64,000 bases of DNA. Origin: Dendrobates tinctorius (taxonomy: Eukaryota). Below are positions 13,046 through 23,909 of this stretch, in pieces; the first letter of the stretch is position 1; each line of letters starts with the position of its first letter. Location: positions 90,334,001-90,398,000 of the forward strand of contig NW_027361679.1 in the NCBI RefSeq assembly GCF_039654945.1. The letters run 5' to 3'. The notes below the pieces were generated by a model, which saw nothing but the letters and a program-made list of their open reading frames with translations, searched no databases and was not told the DNA's origin. The position numbers and the translations under genes were made by a program.

Positions 13046-14339
13046 CAAACACGCTTCACGCAGGTTATATCAATGACATTTTACCACTAACATGAAGTAC
13101 AATATGTCATGAGAAAACAATGTCAGAATCACCGGGATCCATGGAAGCGTTCCAGAGTTATTACCTCATAAAGGGACAGTGGTCAGAATTGTAGAAATTG
13201 GCCCAGTCATGAATGTGCAAACCACCCTTGGGGGTAAAGGGGTTAAGGACAATTATTTTTACCTGCAGTGGCCAGCCTCTGTCCAATGAATTAACCATGA
13301 TCTATGCCAGAAAGCTGACCTCATACTTTTTTTTGAGGAGAGATATGACTGGTCTGACTGGGGAAGGGGGGGGGGTGAAGGTGGCAAATAAGTGATCAGA
13401 AATAACAGGTGAGAATCCACAGGAAACCAAATGCAGAAGGGAACATGTAAAGCTTATCCCTCTTAACAGGGGTCTGACAATATTTTAGCTTTTAAGGTGG
13501 GGAAGGTCAAATAAAACAAAAAAGTTAGGGTGCTTTCACATGGCTTTCCGGCTTGCGTCTGAACCCCTGTAAAACGGGATTCTGACATATGCACTGAGGG
13601 GGCCATAAACTATACTGGTGCCAGCAGTGCGAACTTGCGCTTTGCCGTGCATCATGTTCAGGCATATACGTATACTGGGGGAAGACACTCGGATGCTGTC
13701 TACTATGTCCGCCTGCTGTAGGCATACACTCTCGAAAATTATATTTCCGACTCCCGTTTTGCTGGGGGTTCAGACATGAGCCCGAACGGGTGCCGGAACT
13801 TGAAAGCAACCTTACTGATGGCACACTCTAGCACTGAAGAATAGTGGAGGAAGGTGCGAGTAGAGAACATTTGGACACAGAACTGGATGGGACGAAGGGA
13901 AAATGGAATATGATTCAAATGTTCAATTTCATCCAGAGAAAGTCAAAACACACCCTTTAAATGACAGGACCCCAGTATGTTCTAAATGTCTGGCAGCATG
14001 AAACTGCTGACGTTCCATTTAGCAGTGTCATGATTAACAGTGTCTTACACACGGGATTCTAGAAAGACGCTAATGTAAAAACCTATGAAAGGTGTTTTTC
14101 ACTTTCAACAATCAGGTCCCCAAACGCTTGCAGTCATGTAAAATAACCATAAGTCAGATGGCAGTCTCCCACCTTGAGTCCAGCTCGCTGCCCCAGTCTC
14201 TGCGTTTTGACTGTTGCAGTGGTGTCACATTGGCTCCAGCGGTGATGCACACTGTCAATCGCTGAAATCAGTGGCTCTGTTGATGTGGAGGATGATAGGT
14301 GACTAAGCAATGCAACAAAACTTGGTTATAAGCCAACAA

Positions 14340-14775
14340 CTAAATGAAAAAATTCACCAAATAATAAATCATAAATGGATATTCATTATAAATTCAATGA
14401 CCTACTCAAAAAATGAATACACCAAACGGAGTCCAAAACATTAAGACTCAAATAAATTTATTACATAATTACCAATGAGTATACAGAACCAGACATAGTA
14501 ACATACCATAATTACAGCAAAATACATATAAAAAATGCATATAAAAAGGACAAAGTGAGCACTATAAATAAATAATCATACAAAAATGATGAGGATAATA
14601 ATAATAATAAAGTGCATAATATATATGGGCTGAAAAAACAGCTCCTAATAAAGTGCATAAAAAATACACAAAAATAATATATAAATCCAAATCATATATA
14701 CCCGTAAGGTGTGGCTCAATGTGTCCAGGCTCCCTCCAACGTACGTTTCGCCCACCGTGGCTTTTTCAAGGAGTG
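14340..14775 (-). mobile_element. Penelope-like derived fragment with a hammerhead-like motif
   Basis: A-rich tract ending CAACGTACGTTTCGCCCACCGTGGCTTTTTCAAGGAG; on - this reads core, stem II, GAAAC, palindrome. Confidence 0.45.
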
Positions 14776-14801
14776 TTAAAACTTGGTTATAGTGACAATA
14801 A

Positions 14802-15181
14802 GGGTGTGTGCAAACGCTGCGGATTCTGCTGCGGTTCCCGCTGCGGGTCCGCAGCAGTTTTTGCTGCGGTGTACAGTACCATTATTCCCTATGGGAATAA
14901 AAAACCAAAGTGCAGACAGTGCGGATTTTTCCGTGCGGTTTTCCTGCGGTTTTGAAACCGCAGAAAGAATTGACATGTCAATTCTTTCTGCGGATTCCAC
15001 TGCGGTTTGCCATCTCCTCCATTGAGGAGATGAAAAACCGCAGGGCAAAACCGCAGAGCAATCCGCAGGTAAAACCGCAGGTCTTTTAACCTGCAGATTT
15101 ACCTGCAGATTTTACAAAATCCACGCGGCCAAATCCACGCGGCCAAATCCGCACTGGAATCCGCAGCGTGTTCACGTACCC
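14802..15181. mobile_element. PIF/Harbinger-type MITE
   Basis: TAA|GGGTGTGTGCAAACG ... CGTGTTCACGTACCC|TAA; internal TGCGGA/TCCGCA repeats. Confidence 0.75.
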
Positions 15182-15561
15182 TAAAAATGGCAAGGCATAT
15201 TTTTTTCTCTCTCATCCAGCAAAAGAAAATATCAGCAGATTTTTATGTCCTTGTTTTATTCTTGCCCTGTTCAAATACACAGGAGCTGATCATCGAAACC
15301 CGAGAGCGACGACTAGTCTTCAGAGCTGTGTTCTTCCGGCTTTGTAACTGTTGTGGCCAATAATTTTGAGAATTACACTAACTTTGGTTTTCACAAAGTT
15401 TGCTTCTTGAGTGTTTTTTTAATGAGATATTTCTATGGTTACTGAAGTCAAATTATAAGCAAGTTTTTCCTTTTTTATTGACAATTGCATCAAGTTTATG
15501 CAAAGACTCGATATTGTTAGTGTTGTCCCTAATTTTTCAAGACTTCTGCACTTAACTCTTA

Positions 15562-15930
15562 GGCTACTTTCACACTAGCGTCGCCCGACGTACGTAGCAA
15601 TGCGTCGTTTTGGACAAAAACCGCATCCTGCAAAGTTGCCCGCAGGATGTGTTTTTTCTCCATAGACTTACATTAGCGACGCATTGGCACACGTCGCATC
15701 CGTCGTGCGACGGATGCGTCGTGTTTTGGCGGCCGCGACGCACACAGAAACGTTACATGTAACTTTTTTTGTGCGTCGTCTCCGCCATTTACGACCGCAC
15801 ATGCGCGGCCGAAACTCCGCCCCCTCCTCCCCGGGCATTACAACGGGGCAGCGGATGCGTTGAAAAACTGCATCCGCTGCCCCCGTTTTGCACAACTTTC
15901 ACAACGTGCGACGCTAGTGTGAAAGTAGCC
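15562..15930. mobile_element. PIF/Harbinger-type MITE
   Basis: Perfect 22-bp TIR GGCTACTTTCACACTAGCGTCG; TTA duplication. Confidence 0.9.
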
Positions 15931-17116
15931 TTAGATATCAGTTTTTGTGCTTAAAGCTTGTGCCAATTTCTGTCTTTTTCAACTCACTTTTTGAAGATTG
16001 AACACAGGTTTCCAATGTGATTGAAATCTGGGGTGCTTCTTGACCAAGTATATAAAATGTAAATATTTTGTTCTCCGATCCAGTTAGTTATTACGTTTGC
16101 TTTGTGATACTGTGCTCAGTCACTCAGGAAAAAGCATTATTCATCACCAAATTGCTTCTAGATTGTTGGGAGAAGTTTCTTTTGGAGGATCTTTGGATCA
16201 AGTCAGTGGTGGTAGTCAAGAGTGAGCCCACTCCCTTGGATGTAAAGCAACACCACACATGAATTGTTTCAGGATGCTTTATTGGTTACATGATTGAGGA
16301 CTCATTGTAGCTCTAACCTTTTCTTCTCTGGACAATCATTCTTCCAGATTCCTGCAGAATGTTGGTCTGTTCTTGATGTTCTTTCTTGGAGAGAAGTGGC
16401 TTCTTTATTGCCCTTTTGGATACCAGGTCATCCTAGAAAAGCTTTCGCCTCACTATGGCATGCAGATGCTGACACCAGCCGTCGGCCATCCCTGAGCAAG
16501 GTCTGCACTAGTGTTGAAGTCATTCCATAGTTGAATCCCCCTTAGGACTAGATCATGGCACTTGCTAGACTTTCGTGGGTTCACTGAAGCCTTTTTCTCC
16601 GCAACTGAAACTCTTTGAATTTATTGATAATACAATCAATGATTGATTTAGGGGCAAACTTCCAAGCAGCAATTGTTCTGTCTCCACATAAGGAGAATGG
16701 AGGTTTTGCTGATTGATATGAGGCTGAGAGAATTCTTCCCTCCGTATTCCTAGATGAGGAGCAAACAGGACCTTTTCATACTCAGCGTGCACAGACTTGA
16801 TTGTAGAACCACAGTGTTGGTACAATTCAAATCTGGGTTTATTTACAACTTGGATAGAGCACAATACTTGTGGGTACAATGCAGGAACTTTCTCTTAAGT
16901 AGCTGGTACAGGTTGCAGTTGTTTGGTGGTGTGTTGGTTAGAAATTGATGCTTTGACAAACCCAGTAAATGAGTGACTTTTTTCACATCATGATGAAAAG
17001 AAAATGGATGCTGAAAGTGACCCATGAACTGCAGTGAAGACACACCCATATAAATACTAAATTAGAACTAGATGGGCATTTCCTGAAGGAAATACATCGT
17101 GCTTGAACAGCGCTGC

Positions 17117-17890
17117 TGTGACGTCAGTCCGCGGATCTGGACAGCACCCCGAGAAACCCTGAGACCCTTAACTCCTATACAGGGATCTGGAATTGTAGCA
17201 AGGCCCAGGGGGTGGCTGTCTAGAAGCAGTGCGCCAGAGCAGGACAGTCACCAATAGGGAAGAAGGCAGGGACCCAAAAAACGTAGTCAGAAACCGGGCG
17301 AGCAGCGGAGGTACAGAAACGGCAGGCAGTGGCAGAGTTGTGAGTCCAGGCCAAGGTCACAAAACGGGAGGGCGGTAAAGGTACAAAAACGGCAGGCAGT
17401 AGCAGAGTCGAATATCCAGGCCAAGGTCACAAACCGGGAGAATAGCAGAGGTACAAAATCGTCAGGCAGTAGAGGGGTCAGAAATCCAGGCTGAGGTCAG
17501 AGTCAAACAATAGCAAATCACACAGTAGCACATAGGGGAACCAAGAATATATCTGGCGACCTGCAAGACCAGTCCCAAGGTATTTAAGGGATCAGGCCAT
17601 CCCTCACAGGCTCCCGGACTAATGATGTCATCAGGACCGCCCCCAGGACCAGGCCAGATGGCGATGCACCAACCCCTCCATGACCGACCGAGGAGCGGAG
17701 CCTGCGTCCATCAGATGCCTGCGCAGGAGCCCCTTCTCTGTCGCCGCCATCACTCGGGGGAGAACCACGGCGCCTCCCAGTGGCCGAGGCAGGACCAGCA
17801 GGCCCCGAGTCTGACTGCGATGTGACAGTCCGGCGCCTCCTAGTGGCCGAGGCCGGGACAGCAGGCCCCGAGTCTGACGGCGACGTGACA
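17117..17890. mobile_element. Solo LTR (Gypsy-like)
   Basis: TGTGACGTC ... GACGTGACA termini; 5-bp duplication GCTGC at 17112-17116 and 17891-17895. Confidence 0.85.
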
Positions 17891-18586
17891 GCTGCCAGCT
17901 TTACAGCAGTGTATCAGGTGTCGACATAACATGCTAACCCTGCCCCCCACATTATACATCCCCGTTCTAGAGATTTGGGGCTGTTTTTAAGTAATTTTTT
18001 ACACAGTCAGCCTTTGGGGGGTGCCTGATCCTAATGCACACACTTAAAATTAAATCTGTGATGAAAAAGTCACTCAGACCCCGTTTTTCGGGGTACTTTT
18101 TCGTCGCAGTGGAATGTTAATGTGTGCATTTTTTAAAAACCGCATGCGTTTTTTGCGGGAAAATCTGAGGAATCCTTAGCTGATGCTACTGCACACAGCC
18201 TCTGACAACCTGCCCCCAGCCTCTGACAACATGCCCCCAGGCTCTTCCAGCCTCTGACAACATGCCCCCAGCCTCTAACAACCTGCCCTAGGCTCTTTCA
18301 GCACCTGACAACCTGCCCACAGCCTCTGACAACTTGGTAGCCACTTTGGCTATTGGCTATTAGCTAATAAGGGTCATGTGTGGAAGCTGCATTTGCTTAG
18401 CTGCCATCTTTGTAAGCTCACTGCACATGCGCTGTGGCTTCAATCCATGTCAGTTGGGGGTTATGGAAAGGTCGCCATTAATTCCTATGGGAAAATTTTT
18501 GCTTAAAATGTGATTTTTTTTTTTTTTTTTAAAAAAAAAAAGACAAATTGGATCGACTCCAAAAATATATAGCACACCTGTCCCCA

Positions 18587-18706
18587 TTTGGAGGCCGGGG
18601 TCGATCAGCCTCCGATTTGGAGGCCGGGGTCGATCAGCCTCCGATTTGGAGGCCGGGGTCGATCAGCCTCCGATTTGGAGGCCGGGGTCGATCAGCCTCC
18701 GATTTG
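18587..18706. repeat. 29-bp minisatellite, four copies
   Basis: TTGGAGGCCGGGGTCGATCAGCCTCCGAT repeated perfectly. Confidence 0.9.
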
Positions 18707-20062
18707 GCACGCTAGCCCTTTAAGAGCCAGTTTGGCGCACTGGGCTTCTAAATCCACTTTGGCACACATTCTCTCAGGGGCATGCGTCATGTGATGAAGC
18801 TAGATTTGTATTTGTGCTTTGGGTTTCGCTTTAAGAGTTGATATTATCTGGCAGAAACTGTGTCCTGGTGGGGTCATGTAAAGTTCGTAGGCGTTGGCAT
18901 AGTAACTGGGTCTGCTTGCGCATATCAATGAGCTTAACTGCCGCAACTGGTCCTCAAATTTGAATCGCCTCACGACTGCCCCATGTATTCCTATGGCAAA
19001 ATTTTCCCATTGAAAAGCATTGAGACAGTGCATTCCAATGACGGGAAAAAATTTTTTCAAACGCAAATTGTGCAAAAACTACAAATCCAATCGACACGAA
19101 AAATACTTAGCACACCACTCGTGGATGCTGGCTTTGAAACGACGCCTCAACGGAGTCTGTGCGTGTAGCGGTTCGGGCCGCATTAATTGCGGAAATCAAC
19201 TGAATAATAAGAGGGACTAGATGTGTATTTCCTGAAGGAAGTACAGATAGTGCTTTGACATGGTGCCCAAGCTGCCCCTTTAAGAGACTTGCTTGCTGCT
19301 TCGGCAAGGCTTTCACACTTGGGCACCCCACTCAGCCTCCGATTTGGAAGCCGGGGGTGGCTCAGCCGCCGATTTGGCGGCCGGGGGTGGCTCAGCCGCC
19401 GATTTGACGTGCCGGCCCTTTAAGAATCACTTTGGCGCACTGGGCTTCTAAATCCACTTTGGCGCACATTCTCTCTCAGGGGCATGCGTCATGTGATGAA
19501 GCTAGATTTGCATTTGTGCTTTGGGTTTCACTTTAAGAGCTGATATTATCTGGCAGAAACTTTGTCCTGGTGGGGTCATGTAAAGTTCGTAGGCGTTGGC
19601 ATAGTAACTGGGTCTGCCTGCGCATATCAATGAGCTTAACTGCCGCAACTGGTCCTCAAATTTGAACCGCCTCACGACTGCCCCATGTATTCCTATGGCA
19701 AAATTTTCCCATTGAAATGCATTGAGACAATGCATTCCAATGACGGGAAAAAAATTTTCAAACGCAAATTGCGCAAAAACTACAAATCCAATCGACACGA
19801 AAAATACTTAGCACACCACTCGTGGACGCTGGCTTGGAAACGATGCCTCAGCGGAGTCTGTGCGTGTAGCGGTTCAGGCCGCATTAATGAAATCAACTGG
19901 ATAATAATAATAAGAACTAGATGTGTATTTCCTGAAGGAAGTACAGATAGTGCTTTGAAATGGAGCCCGGGCTGCCCCTTTAAGAGAGACTTGCCTGCTG
20001 CCCCTGCAAGACTTTCAACTCCGGATCTGTTTTAACTGTGGGTGCCTCTCAGGGGCCACTTT

Positions 20063-20633
20063 CATAGAATCATAGAATCGTAGAGTTGGAAGGGACCTCC
20101 TGGGCCATCTAGTCCAACCCCCTGCTCAAAGCAGGATTCGCTAAATCATCCCAGTCAGATGTCTGTCCAGCCTCTGTTTAAAGACTTCCATTGAAGGAGA
20201 ACTCACCACTTCTTGTGGCAGCCTGTTCCACTCATTGATCACTCTAACTGTCAAAAAGTTTTTTCTAATATCTAATCTGTGTCTCCTCCCATTCAGTTTC
20301 ATCCCATTGCTTCTAGTCTTTCCTTGTGCAAATGAGAATAAAGTTGATCCTTCTACAATGTGACAGCCCTTTAGATATTTGTAGACAGCTATTAAGTCTC
20401 CTCTCAGTCTTCTCTTTTGCAAACTAAACATTCCCAAATCCTGCAACCTTTCCTCATAAGACAGGGTTTGCAGACCGGTCACCATTCTGGTCGCTCTTTT
20501 CTGAACTTGCTCCAGTTTGTTGATGTCTTTTTTTAAAATGTGGTGCCCAAAACTGGACACAATATTCCAGATGAGGTCTGACCAAAGAGGAGTAGAGGGA
20601 AATAATGACTTCACGTGATCTAGACTGTATGCT
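20063..20633 (-). mobile_element. CR1 LINE 3' fragment
   Basis: Near-identical to 1893-2590; includes [14 protein letters not shown] and the tandem tail. Confidence 0.92.
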
Positions 20634-20639
20634 GTATGT

Positions 20640-21260
20640 GGGGCCCCTCAGGGTCTGATTTGGTGGGTGGGGCCCCTCAGGATCCGATTTGGTGGTCTGG
20701 GCTCCTCAGGTATTGAATTGGTGGATGGGATCACTCAGGGTCTGATTTGGTGAGCGGGGCCCCTCAGGGTCTGATTTGGTGAGCGGGGCCCCTCGGGGTC
20801 TGATTTGGTGAGCGGGGCCCCTCGGGGTCTGATTTGGTGGGCGGGGCCCCTCGGGGTCCGATTTGGTGGGCGGGGCCCCTCGGGGTCCGATTTGGTGGGC
20901 AGGGTCACTCTAGGTCCGATTTAGTGGGCTGGGCCCCTCAGGGTCCAATTTTGTGGGCGTGGTCTTTCCGGGTCCAAGTTTGTGGGCGTGGTCTTTCCGG
21001 GTCCAATTTTGTGGGCGTGGCCCCTCAGGGTCCGATTTGGTGGGCGGGGCCCACTCTGGGTCCGATTTGGTGGGCGGGGCCCACTCTGGGTCCGATTTGG
21101 TGGGCGGGGCCCACTCTGGGTCCGATTTGGTGGGCGGGGCCCACTCTGGGTCCGATTTGGTGGGCGGGGCCCACTCTGGGTCCGATTTGGTGGGCGGGGC
21201 CCACTCTGGGTCCGATTTGGAGGCCGGGGCCCACTCTGGGTCCGATTTGGAGGCCAGGGT
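20640..21260. repeat. 29-30-bp G-rich minisatellite inside the HINE
   Basis: About seven near-perfect copies of TCCGATTTGGTGGGCGGGGCCCACTCTGGG at 21031-21250, diverged copies upstream. Confidence 0.9.
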
Positions 21261-21882
21261 GTCTCAGCCTCGGATTTGTCGGCCATGGTCGATCAGCTTT
21301 CGATTTGGTGCGCCGGCCCTTTTAGAATCACTTAGGCGCGTCGGCCGTTTAAGAGCAAGTTTGGCGCACTGGGCTTCTAAATCCACTTTGGCGCATATTC
21401 TCTCAGGGGCATGCGTCATGTGATGAAGCTAGATTTGCATTTGTGCTGTGGGTTTCGCTTTAAGAGCTGATATTATGTGGCAGAAGATCTGTCCTGGAGG
21501 TGTCATGTGAAGTTCGTAGGCGTTGGCATAGTAACTGGGTGTGCCTACGCATATCAATGAGCTTAACTGCCATTTCAATTGCCTCAGGGCATGTTTTGAC
21601 TGTGGCAACATTTTCCCATTGAAAAGCATTGAGGAAAATGTTTTTTCAAACGCAATTTGCGCAAAAACTACAAATCCGATCGACACGAAAATTACTTAGC
21701 ACACCTCTCATTGACGCTGGCTTCGAAACGACACCTCAACGGAGTCTGTGCGTGTAGCGGTTCGGGCCGCATTAATTGCGGAAAATCGACTGAAGAAGTT
21801 AGCAGCGTTCGGATTACAATATAGTGTTTTTTTCAAACCACTATAACTAGATGTGTATTTCCTGAAGGAAGTGCAGATAGTG

Positions 21883-22149
21883 GGGCGGCACGGTGGCTCA
21901 GTGGCCACAGAGTCCTGGGTTCGAATCCCACCAAGGACAACATCTGCAAGGAGTTTGTATGTTCTCCCCGTGTTTGCGTGGGTTTCCTCCGGGTACTCCG
22001 GTTTCCTCCCACACTCCAAAGACATACTGATAGGGAATTTAGATTGTGAGCCTCATCAGGGACAGTGATGATAATGTGTGCAAAATGTAAAGCGCTGCGG
22101 AATATGTTTGCGCTATATAAAAATAAAGATTATTATTATTATTATTATT
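21883..22149 (+). mobile_element. V-SINE
   Basis: tRNA-like head (TGGCTCAGTGG, GGTTCGAATCC), V-domain GGGTTTCCTCCGGGTACTCCGGTTTCCTCCCAC, (ATT)n tail, duplication ATAGTG. Confidence 0.88.
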
Positions 22150-23909
22150 ATAGTGCTTTGAAACTGTGCCCGGGCTGCCCCTTTAAGAGAGACTTGCCTG
22201 CTGCCCCTGCAAGACTTTCAACTCAGGATCTGTTTTAACTGTGGGTGCCTCTCAGGGGCCACTTTGGCCTGTGGGGCCCCTCAGGGTCTGATTTGGTGGG
22301 TGGGGCCCGTCATGATCCGATTCGGTGGCCTGGGCTCCTCAGGGCTTGAATTGGTGGACGGGAGCCCTCCGGGTCCGATTTTGTGGGTGGGGCCCCTTAG
22401 GGTCTGACTTTGTGGGCGGGGCCCCTCTGGGTCCGATTTGATGGGCGGGGCCCCTCTGGGTCCGATTTGGAGGCCTGGGTGGCTCAGCCTCCGATTTGTA
22501 GGCCAGGGTCGATCAGATTTGCATTTGTGCTTTGGTTTTCACTTTAAGAGCTGATATTATCTGGCAGAAACTCTGTCCTGGTGGGGTTATGTAAAGTTCG
22601 TAGGTATTGGCATAGTAACTGGGTGTGCCTGCGCATATCAATGAGCTTAACTGCCACCTCACGACTTCCCCATGTTTTCCCTATGGCAAAATTTTCCAAT
22701 TGAAATGCATTGAGACAATGCATTCCAATGACACGAAAATTACTTAGCAGACCACTCATGGACGCTGGCTTCGAAACGACACCTCAACGGAGTCTGTGCG
22801 TGTAGCGGTTCGGGCCGCATTAATTGCGGAAAATCAACTGAATAATAATAAGAAGCAGAAGAAGAAGTTAGCAGCGTTCAGATTACAAGATAGTTCTTTC
22901 TTCAAAGCACTATAATAATAAGAATAAGTTAGCAGCGTTCGGATTACATTATAGTGCTTTCTTCAAAGCACTATAATAAGTTAGCAGCGTTCGGATTACA
23001 TTATAGTGCTTTCTTCAAAGCACTATAATAAGTTAGCAGCGTTCGGATTACATGATAGTGCTTTGTTCAAAGCACGATAAATATAAGAAATTGCATTACA
23101 ATATGTTGCTTGAACCTGGAGGTTCAAGCACCATAATGACAGATATGAGTAAAGAATATTGGCCAGCAAATGGCACATAGCAATATGTCTAACAATAGTA
23201 ATACACCTAACTGATGAAGCAATGCAAAACTTACACTGTAAAATATACAAACTGAACGGAATAGCAACTATATCTGGGAAATAGCAATTATATCTTGGGA
23301 ACAGCACAGCAATGTCCTTGCCTGTAAAGCCCAATTGATGCAAAGCAATGATGACTGCTCGTGTGTCCTTCGAAAATTATTCCAAGCCCCCTTTTGAGGC
23401 TACTAATCTGCCCTCATAATTCAATCAATATAATCGAGTTATATCAGCTGCTATCTCCTCTACAACGCTTTCTCCTGAGGTAAAAAAAAAATCTATTTTG
23501 TGTCAGGGCTGAAATTCAGTGGAAATGGAGGTTTTGTGGTAAAATTAATTTTCATGCAACTTTGCAGTTTTTTGCAACTTGTCTGACCACGCATCATAGC
23601 AACCTAGAGTTAATTCAAACTGCTACTTTAAAAATTGAAAAACAGATACAAGCGCAATAGGGTCTTGTCTGGATATTAAGGTTAGAGATTTAGTTAAAAG
23701 CTGCTCACCTGTGAGGATTGTGTGTGACACTACCACTAGCTTAGTTGTCAGCCGCTTCAGCGTCCACAGATTTGTATATAATGGAAAGCCGGAGTAAGTG
23801 AACTTCGAGTGCACTACTGATTCACGAACGAACCATAAAACAAATTAGTTGAAGGTGATTTATTTGTCAACACATTTCAGAGTCAAATCAGACTCTTTTC
23901 TCTATGCAT

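Larger units (their letters stand above)
10151..13242 (+). mobile_element. Non-autonomous piggyBac-like element with internal repeats
   Basis: TTAA|CCCCTTT ... AAAGGGG|TTAA; no transposase; internal imperfect repeats of a few hundred bp; homologous in reverse to 45410-47685. Strand is relative only. Confidence 0.8.
17066..23137 (-). mobile_element. Helentron-associated non-autonomous element (HINE/DINE-1-like) array
   Basis: SubTIR GTGCTTGAAC (17099) / GTTCAAGCAC (23122); palindrome TGCTTGAACC-TGGA-GGTTCAAGCA at one end; stem-loop ATTTCCTGAAGGAAAT plus CTAG at the other; AAT/AAG microsatellite; no TSD. Confidence 0.7.
16674..23308. mobile_element. Solo LTR (about 560 bp net) split by the HINE array
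   Basis: TGTTCTGT ... ACAGCACA termini; 5-bp duplication GCAAT at 16669-16673 and 23309-23313; removal rejoins the Tc1 sequence. Confidence 0.65.

Noticed and set aside
20834-21423. Pro/Gly/Trp-rich repetitive ORFs
   Set aside because: Translations of a 30-bp minisatellite.
21883-21935. tRNA gene
   Set aside because: A/B boxes belong to a V-SINE head; no full cloverleaf.
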